Assembly: GCA_964016885.1 (NCBI GenBank)
Contig: OZ024742.1
Location: forward strand, 220,224,001-220,288,000
DNA: 64,000 nt
Reading direction: 5' to 3'
DNA from: Eledone cirrhosa
Taxonomy: Eukaryota
Shown here: piece by piece, positions 28,436-41,051 of the stretch
How the letters are laid out: each line of letters starts with the position of its first letter
Position numbering within the stretch: the stretch's first letter is position 1
Made by a program: the position numbers and the translations under genes
The notes under the pieces: model-generated
Seen by the model: only the letters and a program-made list of their open reading frames with translations
Database searches by the model: none
What the model was told of the DNA's origin: nothing

Positions 28436-28800
28436 CAGAGGTTCTCAAAGTGGGTGCTACCGCCCCACTGGGGGAGGGGGGGTGAGAAGAACCAGGGATG
28501 CACTGGGGCCTAAGTGGCAGTGGGGGAACGGTAGAGATGATATAATAGTATATTAAATATCAAATGATACATATTATATATAAATATAGTGAAATAGAAA
28601 ATCTATAGTAGTTATTTATACATAAATATATAAATATATAGTATATATTATATTATTTATTATATATAAATTAACGATTTTATTTATTATATATTATTTA
28701 CAATTTGCATGTAGGCAGTTCTCTCTGGAAATATGGGTGCAGGGCGCTGAGGGTATTACGTGACCGTGAGGGGAGAGCCCAAAAAGTTTGACAACCTCTG
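28436..28800. mobile_element. hAT-type MITE, inverted relative of 17996-18320
   Basis: TIRs CAGAGGTTCTCAAA / TTTGACAACCTCTG; partial TSD TTCTAC; internal sequence matches reverse complement of 17996-18320. Confidence 0.78.
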
Positions 28801-29297
28801 TTCTACTTTTTGACCAATTCGGGGGAAGGGCTGATATTTAACAACATAGCGGGGAGGGGATATGATATTGGCTGTGGGGTGGCATTCACCAGAGTCGGGA
28901 AGGAGAGGTATAGTGATGGAGAGAATATCTAAGAATGATAGTGGTATTTTCCATACGCATCACAAGTCCATACCAACACAGTCTTCTCTTTTGCACACTA
29001 AATCCAATTCTTCTTATGCCCTATTTTTCTCTCAGTTCAATTATGCTATGTCATTTGTGCACACTAACATTACACATCCATTGGAGCATACTCAATTCAT
29101 TTCTTTCTAACCTCTGCAGATCTTCTGCAGTTAAGGCCTTTGTTTCACTACCATGTAATAGTGGGAGTTTGGCTCTTGCACGCTCGGACCATATCCTTGT
29201 GGTTGTGTTCATCAAGCCCTAGTACAGTAATAGGATTGAGTTAATCCTAGTTATATATAGATATATGAACATGTAGATATATTTATATATATATATA

Positions 29298-29672
29298 AGC
29301 CAGTAGGCATCTCTAACAAATTACACCCCGTCCCACCCCCACCACCCCCCACCCCATCCACACCACCCCGTTCTATGTAAAGTTATGTTGGTGCCGCGCC
29401 ATCGAGGCCGAAACAAATGAGATCGTGTAGGTGTCACGACAAAAAAACACACAGTCCACGCTGTAATGTGGCCGTGTAGGCAACACGGTAAAAACCTCCC
29501 AGACCCACACTGTAAATGTGGTTGGTGTTAGGAAGGGCATCCAACTGTAGAAAACCTGCCAGACAGTCCTTTGCGAGCAAGACAATCACTCTTGCCTCAA
29601 GTGGGACTACCCCCGCCCAAACCCATGCAAGCGTGGAACACGGACGTTAAACGTTGATGATGATGATGATGA
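29298..29672 (+). mobile_element. RTE LINE 3'-UTR fragment
   Basis: Near-identical reverse complement of 51513-51892; (GAT)n tail. Confidence 0.85.
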
Positions 29673-29949
29673 TATAAGATTGATTCCTCGCAACAAATAT
29701 AATGCATATATTTCCTTTATGCCTGGCACTGAACGAAGAGCCTGATATATAAAGAGAGCTAAAACGAAGAGACACATGAAAATGAAATGAAGCTATATAT
29801 TTTGAAAAGACTACTCATATATTCTAAATTATGTTTCATAACACAAAAGAAGTTTAAATCAATTTTCTTTATTTAAAAAGAAACAAAAGAATCAAAGAAA
29901 ATGGTAATAACTTCTAGCAAATTAATGTTGTTTTAACTAATCAGATTTT

Positions 29950-30050
29950 AACCAATTAAATTTTTACCTAGTCAAAAATGTTAACCAATCAGAATGCTCT
30001 AGAGTCTACTTTAATCTATAAAAGAAGCATCAACACTTGGCTCATTTCCT
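29950..30050 (+). promoter_or_regulatory. Candidate CCAAT/TATA/Inr core promoter
   Basis: CCAAT at 29952 and AACCAATCAG at 29983, TATAAAAG at 30017-30024, TCATTT at 30042, followed by ATGG|GTATGT at 30112-30121. Confidence 0.35.
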
Positions 30051-30624
30051 TTCTTTTCTAGAGCTTAGCTATCTTATGTTGTCTCTTGTTTAACGAACAG
30101 TATCTAGATAAATGGGTATGTATGAGTGTGTATCTGTGAAACATACATATACACCAGGTCTGAACACAAAGGAATCAAACTCCCACTGTCACGCCATCTC
30201 TCCCGCTCTCTCCATCTCTCACTATTATGGGGACTCACACAGTGGCTGCCCCATGGCCCCGGCCAACTGAACAGTCAGATTTATATATCAATCCCAATGC
30301 ACACACCTCAAATATTTTGATTACTACGGACATTTGCTACACATACTATTCAACTAGATTTCTGCAGCACTAAAACTACATACCTTGCTTTCATTGGAAT
30401 TACAAATTAAGATATTAAATTATGACATCTAAATTTTAAATTATGTTTACTGTACCTGTAAACCATGAGCTGGGAAATTTCTATTGCTTCCCCTTGGCCT
30501 TCCCTATTTCAATTTTTTTTCTATTTTGAATTTTATATTCACTTATCTCTGTAAGAAGTACTAGATAATTCCCCTACTCTGTCATGGCTAACTAGCTCTC
30601 AAATATTTTACATTTAAGCCTAGA

Positions 30625-31200
30625 AACATGGCCTAGTGGTAAGGATGTTGGACTTAAGATCATAATGTCATTGGTTTGATTCTTGGGCTGGGTTGTGTGC
30701 TTCATTCGTGAGCAAAACACTTCATTTCACATTGCTCCAGTATACTGACCTGCAGATGAGTGCCAGCAATAGCTGAGAGTTTAACCCTGCACTGGACTGG
30801 CATCATGTCCAGGGGGAAGTCTTGTACTCTCAATCACTTCATGACACAAAACCGGGATAAGCACCAGCCTAATGAGCCTCCTGCTTGAGACAGACTTTAG
30901 AGAGAGAGATACTTAGTGGTGGTGCATGGACTAGTGGTAAGTGTGTTGGACTAACGATCATAACATTGTGGGTTTGATTCCTGGATTGGGTTATGTGTTG
31001 TGTTCTTGAGCAAAGCACTTCATTTCACGTTGCTCTAATATACTCAACTGAAAATGGGGACCAGTAATTGCTGGTGATTTAACCCTGGAATGGACTGGCA
31101 TCCTGTCCAGGGTGGAGTCTTGTACTCTCAATCACTTAACACCACAGAAACTAAGATAAGCACCAACCTGAGCCCCCGAGCTTAAGACAGACTTTAGACT
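30625..31200 (+). mobile_element. Two tandem copies of tRNA-derived SINE family 2 (CORE-like domain)
   Basis: A-box TGGCCTAGTGGT, B-box-like GGTTTGATTC, TTGAGCAAAGCACTTCATTTCAC domain; related copies at 63212-63490 (+) and about 55870-56135 (-). Confidence 0.75.
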
Positions 31201-31897
31201 AGTATACTAATCTGATATTCCTTGTTTTTATGTGAAACTAGGATTAAGTTTCATTTGTACTTCCTGGTTTTTGCTATTGTTTCTATATTTCTTCACTATA
31301 GAATGGGTCATAACTATTCCATTAACTAGCCTTACCTAGAAACTTATATAAGTTTATATTTTATAATTAATATGTCATAATTAATTCAATAATGATTAGG
31401 CAGCATTGATCACAGAAAGAAACAAGATATTCAAATACACATTTTAAATTAAGTGTGAACACAGATGATAAGGAAGGGGGCGAAATATATGAATACCTTT
31501 TGCGAGTTTATGTCAAGTCCGATAGAGAAAAGGTTTAATACATGCACACACAAATGTATGCCTGCACATTAATAAATGAATGTACAAACCAGTGGAAAAA
31601 CAATCACTAATACATATTATACACACACTCACCGATGATATATGTATATAATAAAGGAGTGAAGAATAACACGGATCAACTGTACAGTTTGGTTTATTCC
31701 AAATATTAATAAATGTATGCTGCGGCACTCAATTATAATTACAGTTTACACCCAACCAAATTCTCAAAGTACGGTTTTTAGACACACCGGACTAATGAAA
31801 CATTTGTTAATACTTGGAATACCCCTACTGTATAGCTGATCCATGTTATTCTTCACTTCTTTATTATTAATACTCCAGAAACTGCTTACCTAGGAAC

Positions 31898-32047
31898 TAA
31901 TTATTTCATTTACCAGTGGTTTCTTGAAAGCAAACGAAATTTGCTTTCATTCATCAGAATGAAAAAAGACACCAGGATTTTTTCATTCTGATGAATGAAA
32001 GCAAATTTCGTTTGCTTTCAAGAAACCACTGGTAAATGAAATAATTA
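31898..32047. ncRNA. Inverted pair of type I hammerhead-ribozyme-like motifs (one per strand)
   Basis: 70-bp perfect inverted repeat with 10-nt spacer; each arm reads TTTCATT-CTGATGA-stem II-GAAA-CC ACT GG-TA-AATGAAA. Confidence 0.6.
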
Positions 32048-32199
32048 TCTTATGTTGTTTATTACCTAGGAACTATATGGAATCGGTCACCCAAACACCA
32101 CAACTAACTAAACATCTTGTTGTGTCAAACAATGCTGAGCATTAGAACTATCCTCGATTGTCTTAAATGATACATTGTTAACTTAAGTATATAAATATA

Positions 32200-33504
32200 C
32201 GAGGGGGGGTCAAAAAGTTCGCGTAATTTTTCAGAAAATATTCTATTTTTCAAAAAATATGATGTACCTTCAATTTATTTTTCTACATAGTTGCCATCCA
32301 GGTCAATACACTTCACAAGGCAATGCTTCCAGCTTCATAAGCCGTCTCTAAAGAAAGTTGAAGGCCTTGTTCGAAGCCATGTGTTGGCAGTGTTTTTAGC
32401 TTCTTCAACACCACTGAAACGGGTTCCTTTTAGCATTTCTTTGAGTTTTGGAAAGAGGAAAAAGTCTGATGGGGCTAAATCTGGACTATAAGGCGGGTGA
32501 GGAAGCACTTCCCATCGAAATTCTCGAAGAACTTCTTTTGCAACCCACGCAGAATGCGCTGGTGCATTGTCATGGTGAAACAAGATCCCACCATGAAGTT
32601 TCCCTTTTCGTTTCTTGACTAATGCCTCTTTCAGTTTCCTTAAAACATTTGCATAGTAAGTTCTTGTCACAGTTCTTTGACCTTCAAGATAATCTATTAC
32701 TATCACCCCATCTGAATCCCAGAAAATGGTGGCCACCACTTTTTTATCCGACTTTTGAGATTTGAACTTGATTGGCCCCGATGATCCACGTGGAAGCCAC
32801 TGTTTTGACTGCTGTTTGGATTCAGGATCATACTGGTAGATGCAGGTTTCATCTCCAGTGATGATTCTGGTCAGGAAATGCTCTTCATCAACTTCAATTT
32901 TGTTTAATATCGCCAAAGACAGATCACTTCGAAGAATCAGCTGATCAGGGCGCAACGCTTTTGGGACCCATCGCACTGAAAGCTTGCTTAGTCCCAAATT
33001 ATCGTGCAGAATTGAATTTGCTGAACCATATGAAATGGCTAGGGACTTAGCTAACTGATTAACTGTTATTCTTCGATCTTCTTCAATTAAAGTCTGAGCA
33101 GCCTCAACGTTTGGTCATTTTTTGATGTTCCTAGTCTTCTACTGCGATGGTCGTCTTCAAGGTCGTCTCTCGCTCGTTTGAATCACTGAATCCACTTGTA
33201 GACAGCAGTTTTCTTTGGAGCAGTAGTACCATAAACTTTAACTGAAGCCTCCATAATCAGTGTCCCTTTCCATTTGAAATTTCCAGAAATTTGATATTCG
33301 ATCTTATCTCAAAATAACTATTTTCCATTGTTCCAAAAAGAGGTTTTTTAAAGTGTGTCAGTACTGTACAATAGTCCACGCATAACTGACTACAAGTGAC
33401 TAATAGCAAGGTAAACACCCAGTGACAATGTTCTGACATGTTTAATATTGTTTTAACCTATTTTTTCTTACAATAAAATTCTGCGAACTTTTTGATCCCC
33501 CCTC

Positions 33505-33505
<1 letters not shown>
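32200..33505 (-). mobile_element. Full-length mariner (DD34D) transposon with disrupted transposase
   Basis: TIRs CGAGGGGGG(G/A)TCAAAAAGTTCGC, TA flanks; WVPKAL, TGDET, HDNA, YSPDLAPSD motifs (ORF 32335-32997); premature TGA at 32335 and N-terminal frameshifts. Confidence 0.93.
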
Positions 33506-33564
<59 letters not shown>

Positions 33565-33989
33565 CATTTTATTAGTTTTACACATGTTTCACCAACAGCA
33601 AAGAAATATTAATATGTAAGAATTTGTGTTTTTTATCATAGTATGTTGATGTATAAGTACACTGATTTCTGTATCTATTGGAGCTTTGGGCCCTCCATTT
33701 TCCTTGGATAGTTCCTCCAACACATCATAAATTCTCAATTTCCACCTTTACTCTTAATCAGTTTTCTTCTCTTTTTCCTTTCTTCATTTTCTCCCCTCTA
33801 TCTACTTCTGTGTATTGGGAACCACATACCCATGCATGCGTGCACAGACATGTAAGAGTTGTGTATCTGTCAGTGTGTGTGCATTTATATATATATAGAG
33901 AGAGAATTAGTAAATTTGTATTCCAATGTTACTAAGTAGTTGCATTGGATGGAGTCAACTGACGTCAGAGATTGCTCAACGTATAATAA

Positions 33990-35235
33990 AGTGTGTTTTA
34001 AAATCCGGAGAAAATATGGAGAAGAAGTTTATGAAATGGAAATGCGGGTATACAGAATTTATTAGGTAACAATTGTTTCTATAGTGTATGGGTTACCTAT
34101 ACCTCGCTATTTAAATAATATAAAAATATTATCATAAACCGAAGGTACACTGTAAGCAAACATACCATGTCGTCAGACCTTTGTATTGGAATGATATGAA
34201 AATATTTTATACACTAGATAAAAGAGAAAGAAGGAGGTAGGAAGAAGGAAGTGAGTAAGGTGGAGGGAGTCTTAGGATTTAAGACTGTCAGACTAGTAGA
34301 GATTGTAAGGATAGAATGTTTTGGCAGCAGTTAGCTTAAAGAGGCGTGTTAGGGTTGGCGGGGGAAGTAAATTCTTCTAGTGGTGTTGTTCGGACAAAAT
34401 TTAGTTAAAGGGGTCAAAGTGGTACTGTGTCACAGACAAGTTATTGGGGCTATTATAGTAGTAGGTTATTTCTAAAGGGGTCCAGAAAACAGTGTTTAGT
34501 ACTATTATTATAGAAAGCCATATCTTGTGTATAAACATATAAAACAGAAATTTGCAAACGGTGGTGTAAAAAGGTAACATTATATGCATTTAAAAAAAGA
34601 AAAAGTCATTTTCAAACGATGGTTACAGTATAGAGAACGTTCAATTTTGCTGTTCAAAAGTTTGTTTACCGACGTTAAAATGCAGTATATCTCCAAATTG
34701 CATAACTTGCAGAATCGATGATGTTGCTTATATGCAGGCGCAGCTGCAATAATTTGCCAATCAAGGGAGAATGCTTGATTGTTCCTCCGGAGCTGCCAGG
34801 CTTTATCGGCGAGGGTTGTTACGGAGCGCATTTTCTCGTGCCTGATCGAAGATCGATGTTGGTATAGGCGAGCCTTGAAAGAAGTTGCGGTACATCCGAC
34901 GTAATACCATTTGTTGGTTCCGGAATTTATTGTACATCGGTAGACAATATTGCGTGCTAGGCACTGGTTATTCAGTGGGCACGTAACTGGTTTGGTGCAG
35001 TTACAATTATTTTTATGTTTTGCAGTAGAATCCTGGATAGTTTGGTGGGGTTGTAGTTGCGTGTTAGTGCGTTGTATGTTGTTATGCTGGTGTGCTGAGT
35101 CATTAGGGATGTACTTATTTAGTATTGCTGAGTTGAGTTTTTTAATTAGTTGTTCTATGTTAGGTGCAGTGGAGTATGAGAGTCTAATGGTGCGCGAGTT
35201 AAAGATTTTATAGTATTTATGTGAAGTTGTAAATT
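33990..35235 (-). mobile_element. Penelope-like element 3' part (GIY-YIG endonuclease, Naiad-like)
   Basis: Minus translation HKYYKIFNSRTIRLSYS...NCNCTKPVTCPLNNQCLARNIVYRC...YVGCT...CKLCNLEIYCIL...CNHR. Confidence 0.8.
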
Positions 35236-37400
35236 ATTATCTCTATCTGCCCTAGTCCATAGTTGGTTATTAAATTCTATCAATGTTTTCCTTGCCGATA
35301 ATATAATGTGCATTTCATTGCTAGTTAGGTCTGTATGTTTGAATGCGTAATTTAGTGCCTTATTTAGTAGATTAGGGGTAATAGATGAATAGTAGTTAGC
35401 AATATCTAGTTGAATAAATTTATTATTATTGTTATATTTAATTTCTTTAAACCACTCAATGACCTCACCAGTTCCCTTCCACAAGTTTAAGTTAGGTAAA
35501 CCATGTAAGTTTTTAATTTGCTGTATCACCCTGTCTAGAATGTTTTTGCTAAGTTTACCCAGGTCAGATTTTGATGGTGCAATCAATCTGACTGGCAAAT
35601 CATTTTCAAAATTTCTTTTGTGATCTTTCATATGAGATCATCCGACTCAGCTCAGGTAACGGACCTTGTGGGCTTATTTATAATTAATTCGCTGCATAGA
35701 AAAATACCTGGTGTAACCGGAGGATTATATCGTGATGACATGCTTTTACTTATTGAAAATAATAACTCTGAACTAAATAGAAAAAGAAAACAAATTATAC
35801 AATTTTTTAATTACCTTAATCTAAAAATAGAAATAGAGAATAACCATAGGATAGTCAATTTCCTAGATGTAACACTAAATCTCAACACATGTCTTCACTA
35901 TCCATTTCACAAACTAAATGAAAACTTGAATTATGTCACTTTTAACTCTAATCACTCCAGATCTGTTAAAAATACTATAGTGAACTCTGTTCAAGAACGT
36001 ATCTCAAGAATTTCATCTAATAAAAATATTTTCGACGAAAAAGCGCAGTATTACAATGAAGCGTTAGCTAGAGCAGGATATAGTGATAAAATTATGTACA
36101 TCGATAATAATAGGCAAACTAACCAAAATAACAACAATTTTAATTACGGTAACAACTTTAACAACTATAATAGAAAGCATTACAATAATTCCAAAAGCCA
36201 GAAAAGAAATAGAACTAGAAATATAATATGGTTTGCCCCCCCCCCCCTTCTCACTAAATATTAAAACCCACATTGCTAAACTATTTTTTAATGCTCTTGA
36301 CAAACGCTTACCTAGAACACATAAATATCACTCAATTTTTAATAGACATACTATAAAATTAACTTACTCGTCCACCAAAAATTTAGCACAAAATATTAAC
36401 AGAATAAATAATAGGAATCTAAAACCTAGCCAAAATACCGATAATAGCCTAAACAATATTCAATTAAACAACTGTAACTGTAGAAATAAATCTAAATGTC
36501 CGTTAAATAACAATTGCTTAGTTAAAAATATAATATACAATTGTAATGTTAAAACTGACTTAAATTCTTTTAACTATGTTGGTTCCACCTCAACAGAATT
36601 TAAACTTCGCTATAATAATCATAAGAATTCTTTCACAGATCCAGGCAAAAAATCTTCAACTTCACTATCGGGCTTACTCTGGCAACTTAAACATGATAAC
36701 GTTGGATATTCGTTGTTTTGGAATATAGTCTCAAGAGGGATTCCTTTTAATTCCTCATCTGAGACATGTGACCTCTGCGTGGAGGAGATATTCTTTATAT
36801 TAAAATCTAAAAATTCCCTTAATCTAAGGAGCAATTTATTCAGTTGCTGCAGACATAGATTGAACTCAACGTTTAAATATAAATATAAATTTAAAATGTA
36901 GTATATTTAGTTAAGATATTTAATTAATTATGAAACCTGACGATAAATCTTTCGACTCCTTCAACTTTTTCTTTTTAAACCTTCTTCATAAATATATACT
37001 AATGATGTAATTAAACTACCCTAAAATGTTGGTAATCCCAATCTATTGAATAAATTTTACGCTAGATAAACTTCTATACTAAATATAAGAGCATCTGTAG
37101 AACAACAGGGTCTCCTAAATCTTTTAAATGATTTCTGCTAAATAAGTCTTGTTGAATAATTTTGGTTTTTTGTTTGTTTTTTTATTCTGATTGCTTCTAA
37201 TGAACTTGGCAATATATTGTCAGATAAATTGGAAGGGTTGATTTCTGTGGTTGATATGGGGCGCATACTGTGTTTTTTTTAAGGCCCTAGATACTCTAGG
37301 GAGTGATGAAAGTATTCTTAGCATTTTGATATATTAATATCTGTTGTCTATTCTATACATGAACGATAATCATGTATGTGAGTGCAGGAATATTAATATT
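35236..37400 (+). mobile_element. Penelope-like (Naiad-like) element with inverted 5' RT segment (35236-35631)
   Basis: Plus ORFs 35620-36264 (SSDSAQVTDLVG, YRDD, NFLDVTL) and 36233-36901 (CNC...CPL...IIY...YVGST...CDLC...CRHR); the upstream RT part KDHK...DIANYYSSI lies on the minus strand. 3' boundary approximate. Confidence 0.82.
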
Positions 37401-38243
37401 AATATATATTTTTATGTATGTGTATGTATGTATATATATATAGTAAAATCTTTTATAACGCAAGGGAAAATTTTTTCATGTGAAATAAGAAATTACAGAG
37501 CTGATCACGTAAGTTCACGTGTATATCTATAGTGTCAACTAGAACTTGAGATGACCTTCTCTTTTTCTTTTTCTCTTTCTTTCTTTTTTCCGGAAAGTAC
37601 ATATATACTTATGTATTTTTGAAGTTTTATCTCAGTTTTTGATATATCGACCTAAGAATTTTTAAACTAAACATATGGTCATTATTTTTCACACATTATA
37701 TATCTATGTCTCATTCATGAATATTGATATTTACATTATAATACCCAATTCATATGAATTGACAATTCAAACTGATAGGACATAACGTAAAGTTATAAAT
37801 CTGTCATCCTTCTCTCTTGATATAACTCTTTCTTCTCCACCCTCTATACATGATGAAATTTAAGTATCGCTGTTTTCTCTTTATTTATTTTTTATTTCTC
37901 TCCGTCTCCTTAACACTATAACTAAATAAATGAATAAATAAATAATTACAGTACTCCCTCCCTCCTTAATCTCTCAATTTGTATGATGAATTATTATTAT
38001 TATTCATCTGTTGCCTCAGCTGCCTCTCATTTTTCACCCCCTCACCATTTCTCTCTCCCATATCTCTCTCTATCTCTCTCTGTTTTTCTTTACATACATT
38101 TATTCCTTCTCTCCGTCTTTCTTTTTAACTGTGCTTAACACTAAATATTTACAAACATTTCACTACCAAACCAACGTTTTTAAATGGAAGTTGAACAATA
38201 TTTATGGTACGTCAAATTTATTTATAAAACTGCTTATATATTG

Positions 38244-38309
38244 TATTTTATCTGAAGAAGGCATGCCATATTTCTAATATGGTATCCCTGAAATATGTAT
38301 AATGAAATA
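38244..38309 (+). ncRNA. Minimal type I hammerhead ribozyme motif
   Basis: Stem I TATTTTAT/ATGAAATA, CTGAAGA (38252-38258), stem II 11 of 12 bp, GAAA (38290-38293), stem III T-ATGT-A, cleavage triplet ATA. Confidence 0.6.
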
Positions 38310-38378
38310 AATATGGTTTTATAAATATAGCTTCCATTTGTTTAATATCGTATATATATATATATATATATATATATA

Positions 38379-39197
38379 CTAGCAGAAAAATCACCCTCCG
38401 GGTAGTTTTCTGCTGGCATGTGTCGTGTGCATATTGATATTAGCCTCGCCATCACCCGAGGTAACACTGCGAGTGTGCTGGCTTGCCTCAAAAATCATTA
38501 GAGAGGTTGCCCAGTACTCCTCGCTGCTGTCTTTTGCTCTGGTGGTGGCTCAGTTGTTCACCCATTCCTTTACATTTTCTTTAATATTGTAACATTAAAA
38601 GAATATATCTTTCTGAAACAATCATGAGCAATTTATAATGTTATCTAAGCATTTGTAATGTTATTTATGTATATATTTAAAACATATTTGTTATGTTATT
38701 CTACTGTAAATTTATTTATATGCTTTGTATATATCATATGTGTTCATATTTTCACTCCCATTTGTAACGTTATTTAATAAAATAAAAATATATATGCATG
38801 TAGATACACATCAAATAAAATCGTAATTGACAATACACACAGAAATTGAATAAAGTCTGTGTTACACTCTCTTATGTAATCAGTAACGTAATCCATGATA
38901 CATTAAAAAAAAGGCGATATTATATATAAACTGCATTAAGAGATAATTAGTGACGGAAATATATGGATGTTTATTTAAGCGATCGCTAACCGGAAGTGTT
39001 GACATTTAAAAATTTTAAAGAAGTGAATCTTCAAATAAACAATAAAATATATTTAATCAACAGCTACGAAATTTAGTAGATAAATTATGTAATATTCATT
39101 CATTATTTATTCAAAGTAATCCAACTTATTTTACTAACTGGATTAAAAGAAATAAACTGTACACAGTCCCACACTCCTTACTTTATTATAGTTTAGA
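38379..39197 (-). mobile_element. Non-autonomous Helitron-like element
   Basis: Minus strand starts A|TCTAAACTATAATAAAG and ends in a hairpin plus CTAG|T; no TSD. Confidence 0.65.
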
Positions 39198-40328
39198 TAT
39201 ACGTGTGTAAAAAGTAGACAGAAATAACAAAGCAAACGACACAGAACAATGAAAAAATATATTAGTTTAATACTTGAAATAATATGAAAAGAGTCTGAAC
39301 GTTTCAGACTCTAGTCGTTTCATCAGAAAGTAGAATGAGAAATAAAGGATAGAATAGAATGATAGAGAGTGAAAAGAGGAAGTAATAGAAAAAGAAATTG
39401 AGAAAAAAACATGTCATAATCATTATTTAATGTCCTGCTAGCAAGGGTTGTACTGGTTGTCACAGTCTAAGTCAGTACTTAGCTGGAACAAAGGTCCTAT
39501 TAAATAAGTATTTACTGTACTCCACAAAGTGTAATGGCTGCATTTTATGTGAACTCAACACTATGGAAGTTGTCATGTCTTTGACATAACTGAAGAATCC
39601 TGTTACCTTCAGTTTAGCAAGTTTTCTATGGCTGGATGCCTTATATATTTTATTCATATTTTTTTTTTTGTGGAGAAAGAGACTCCTAGTCTTCATTAAG
39701 ACATCTCCCTTCGTTTGCATCCAAGGATGTAGACCAGTTCTTCTTTTAGGGCAAATGCATTCAATGTTCAGAGAGTGGGATTGGCCCTATGCAAAGCCTT
39801 TCCTCACTTAAAAAAGGTTCAAGCACAGGCTTCACTTGACATGTGCTTTTTTTTTTTGCGATGCATGGTATTGCTGGCCATAGGCAAGTCTCTAGCAGGA
39901 CTAAAAAGTCATGTCTGTGATGCTCATGCTTAAGTATCAAGTGCTGGCATTACTCGAAATCAAGTTGTAGCCATCATATATATATGTGTGTGTGTGTGAA
40001 TTATCATAACGATTATTATTATCATTACTGATGTAATTCCTTATTGATTTCAATTAATCATTATTGCCGAATACCGACGAATCAAGTTTAACACATGTAA
40101 TTTGGTACAAAGAATTATATTTATTTACTCACTTGTTTACTTGAACATAACTAGTCATGCATATATAAAAGATTCTCTTTAGAATTATCTCCCATCCTTC
40201 CTTCTGCCTACTCAAATAAGCCTCGCCTTCCCCCTCTCCATATTGACGTATTGAGTACCTTTTTTAACTGTCATTACCCTATCCCTATTCGACACAACTT
40301 GAGAACCTATATACATACATACATATAG

Positions 40329-40419
<91 letters not shown>

Positions 40420-40423
<4 letters not shown>

Positions 40424-41051
40424 AGTATGTATACGTACATACATATATGTATACAGACGTACAGTAGTATGTATATACATACATGCACACATATATATAT
40501 GTACGTATGGATTCACCGAACATTTATTATAATGCTCAGTGTGTTTGTAAACAAACATCCCGTATTAAGCCGTAGTGTCTAGCAACCATCGTTCCTCATT
40601 TGTTCAACACTGACAAAGGAACGCTGTACTAGTTTCAAGCTTATTAGCTATCATCAGCAACGTATACCTTCCTGCCAGATGATTGAACGTCTGAAAGTAT
40701 ATACATATATACATATATAAGTATATACATATTAACGGCTGAGCAGCCTAATTTGCATATCAAGTGAGTTAATTGGCATGTATGTATATATACATACTAC
40801 TGTACGTCTGTATACATATATGTATGTACGTATACATACTTATATTTAAGTAACAGCCGTACTAAGAGTGAGAAATGAAATTTCGTTTCATTATTTCTGT
40901 TTATCATTTTCGGTACCCCGGCCGATTAACTCACGCGATATGCAAATTAGGCTGCTCAGCCGTTAATATGCATAAGGAAAGTATATACTTTCAGACGTTC
41001 AATCATCTGGCAGGAAGGTATACGTTGCTGACGATAGCTAATAAGCTTGAA
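40420..41051. mobile_element. Retrozyme-like HHR-containing repeat, rearranged copy
   Basis: Near-identical to 58335-58995; intact HHR on minus strand at 40621-40663, truncated HHR on plus strand at 41022-41051. Confidence 0.65.

Noticed and set aside
31480-31880. Possible further Penelope-like coding remnant
   Set aside because: Only a faint motif resemblance (IYFAPFL); too degenerate to support.
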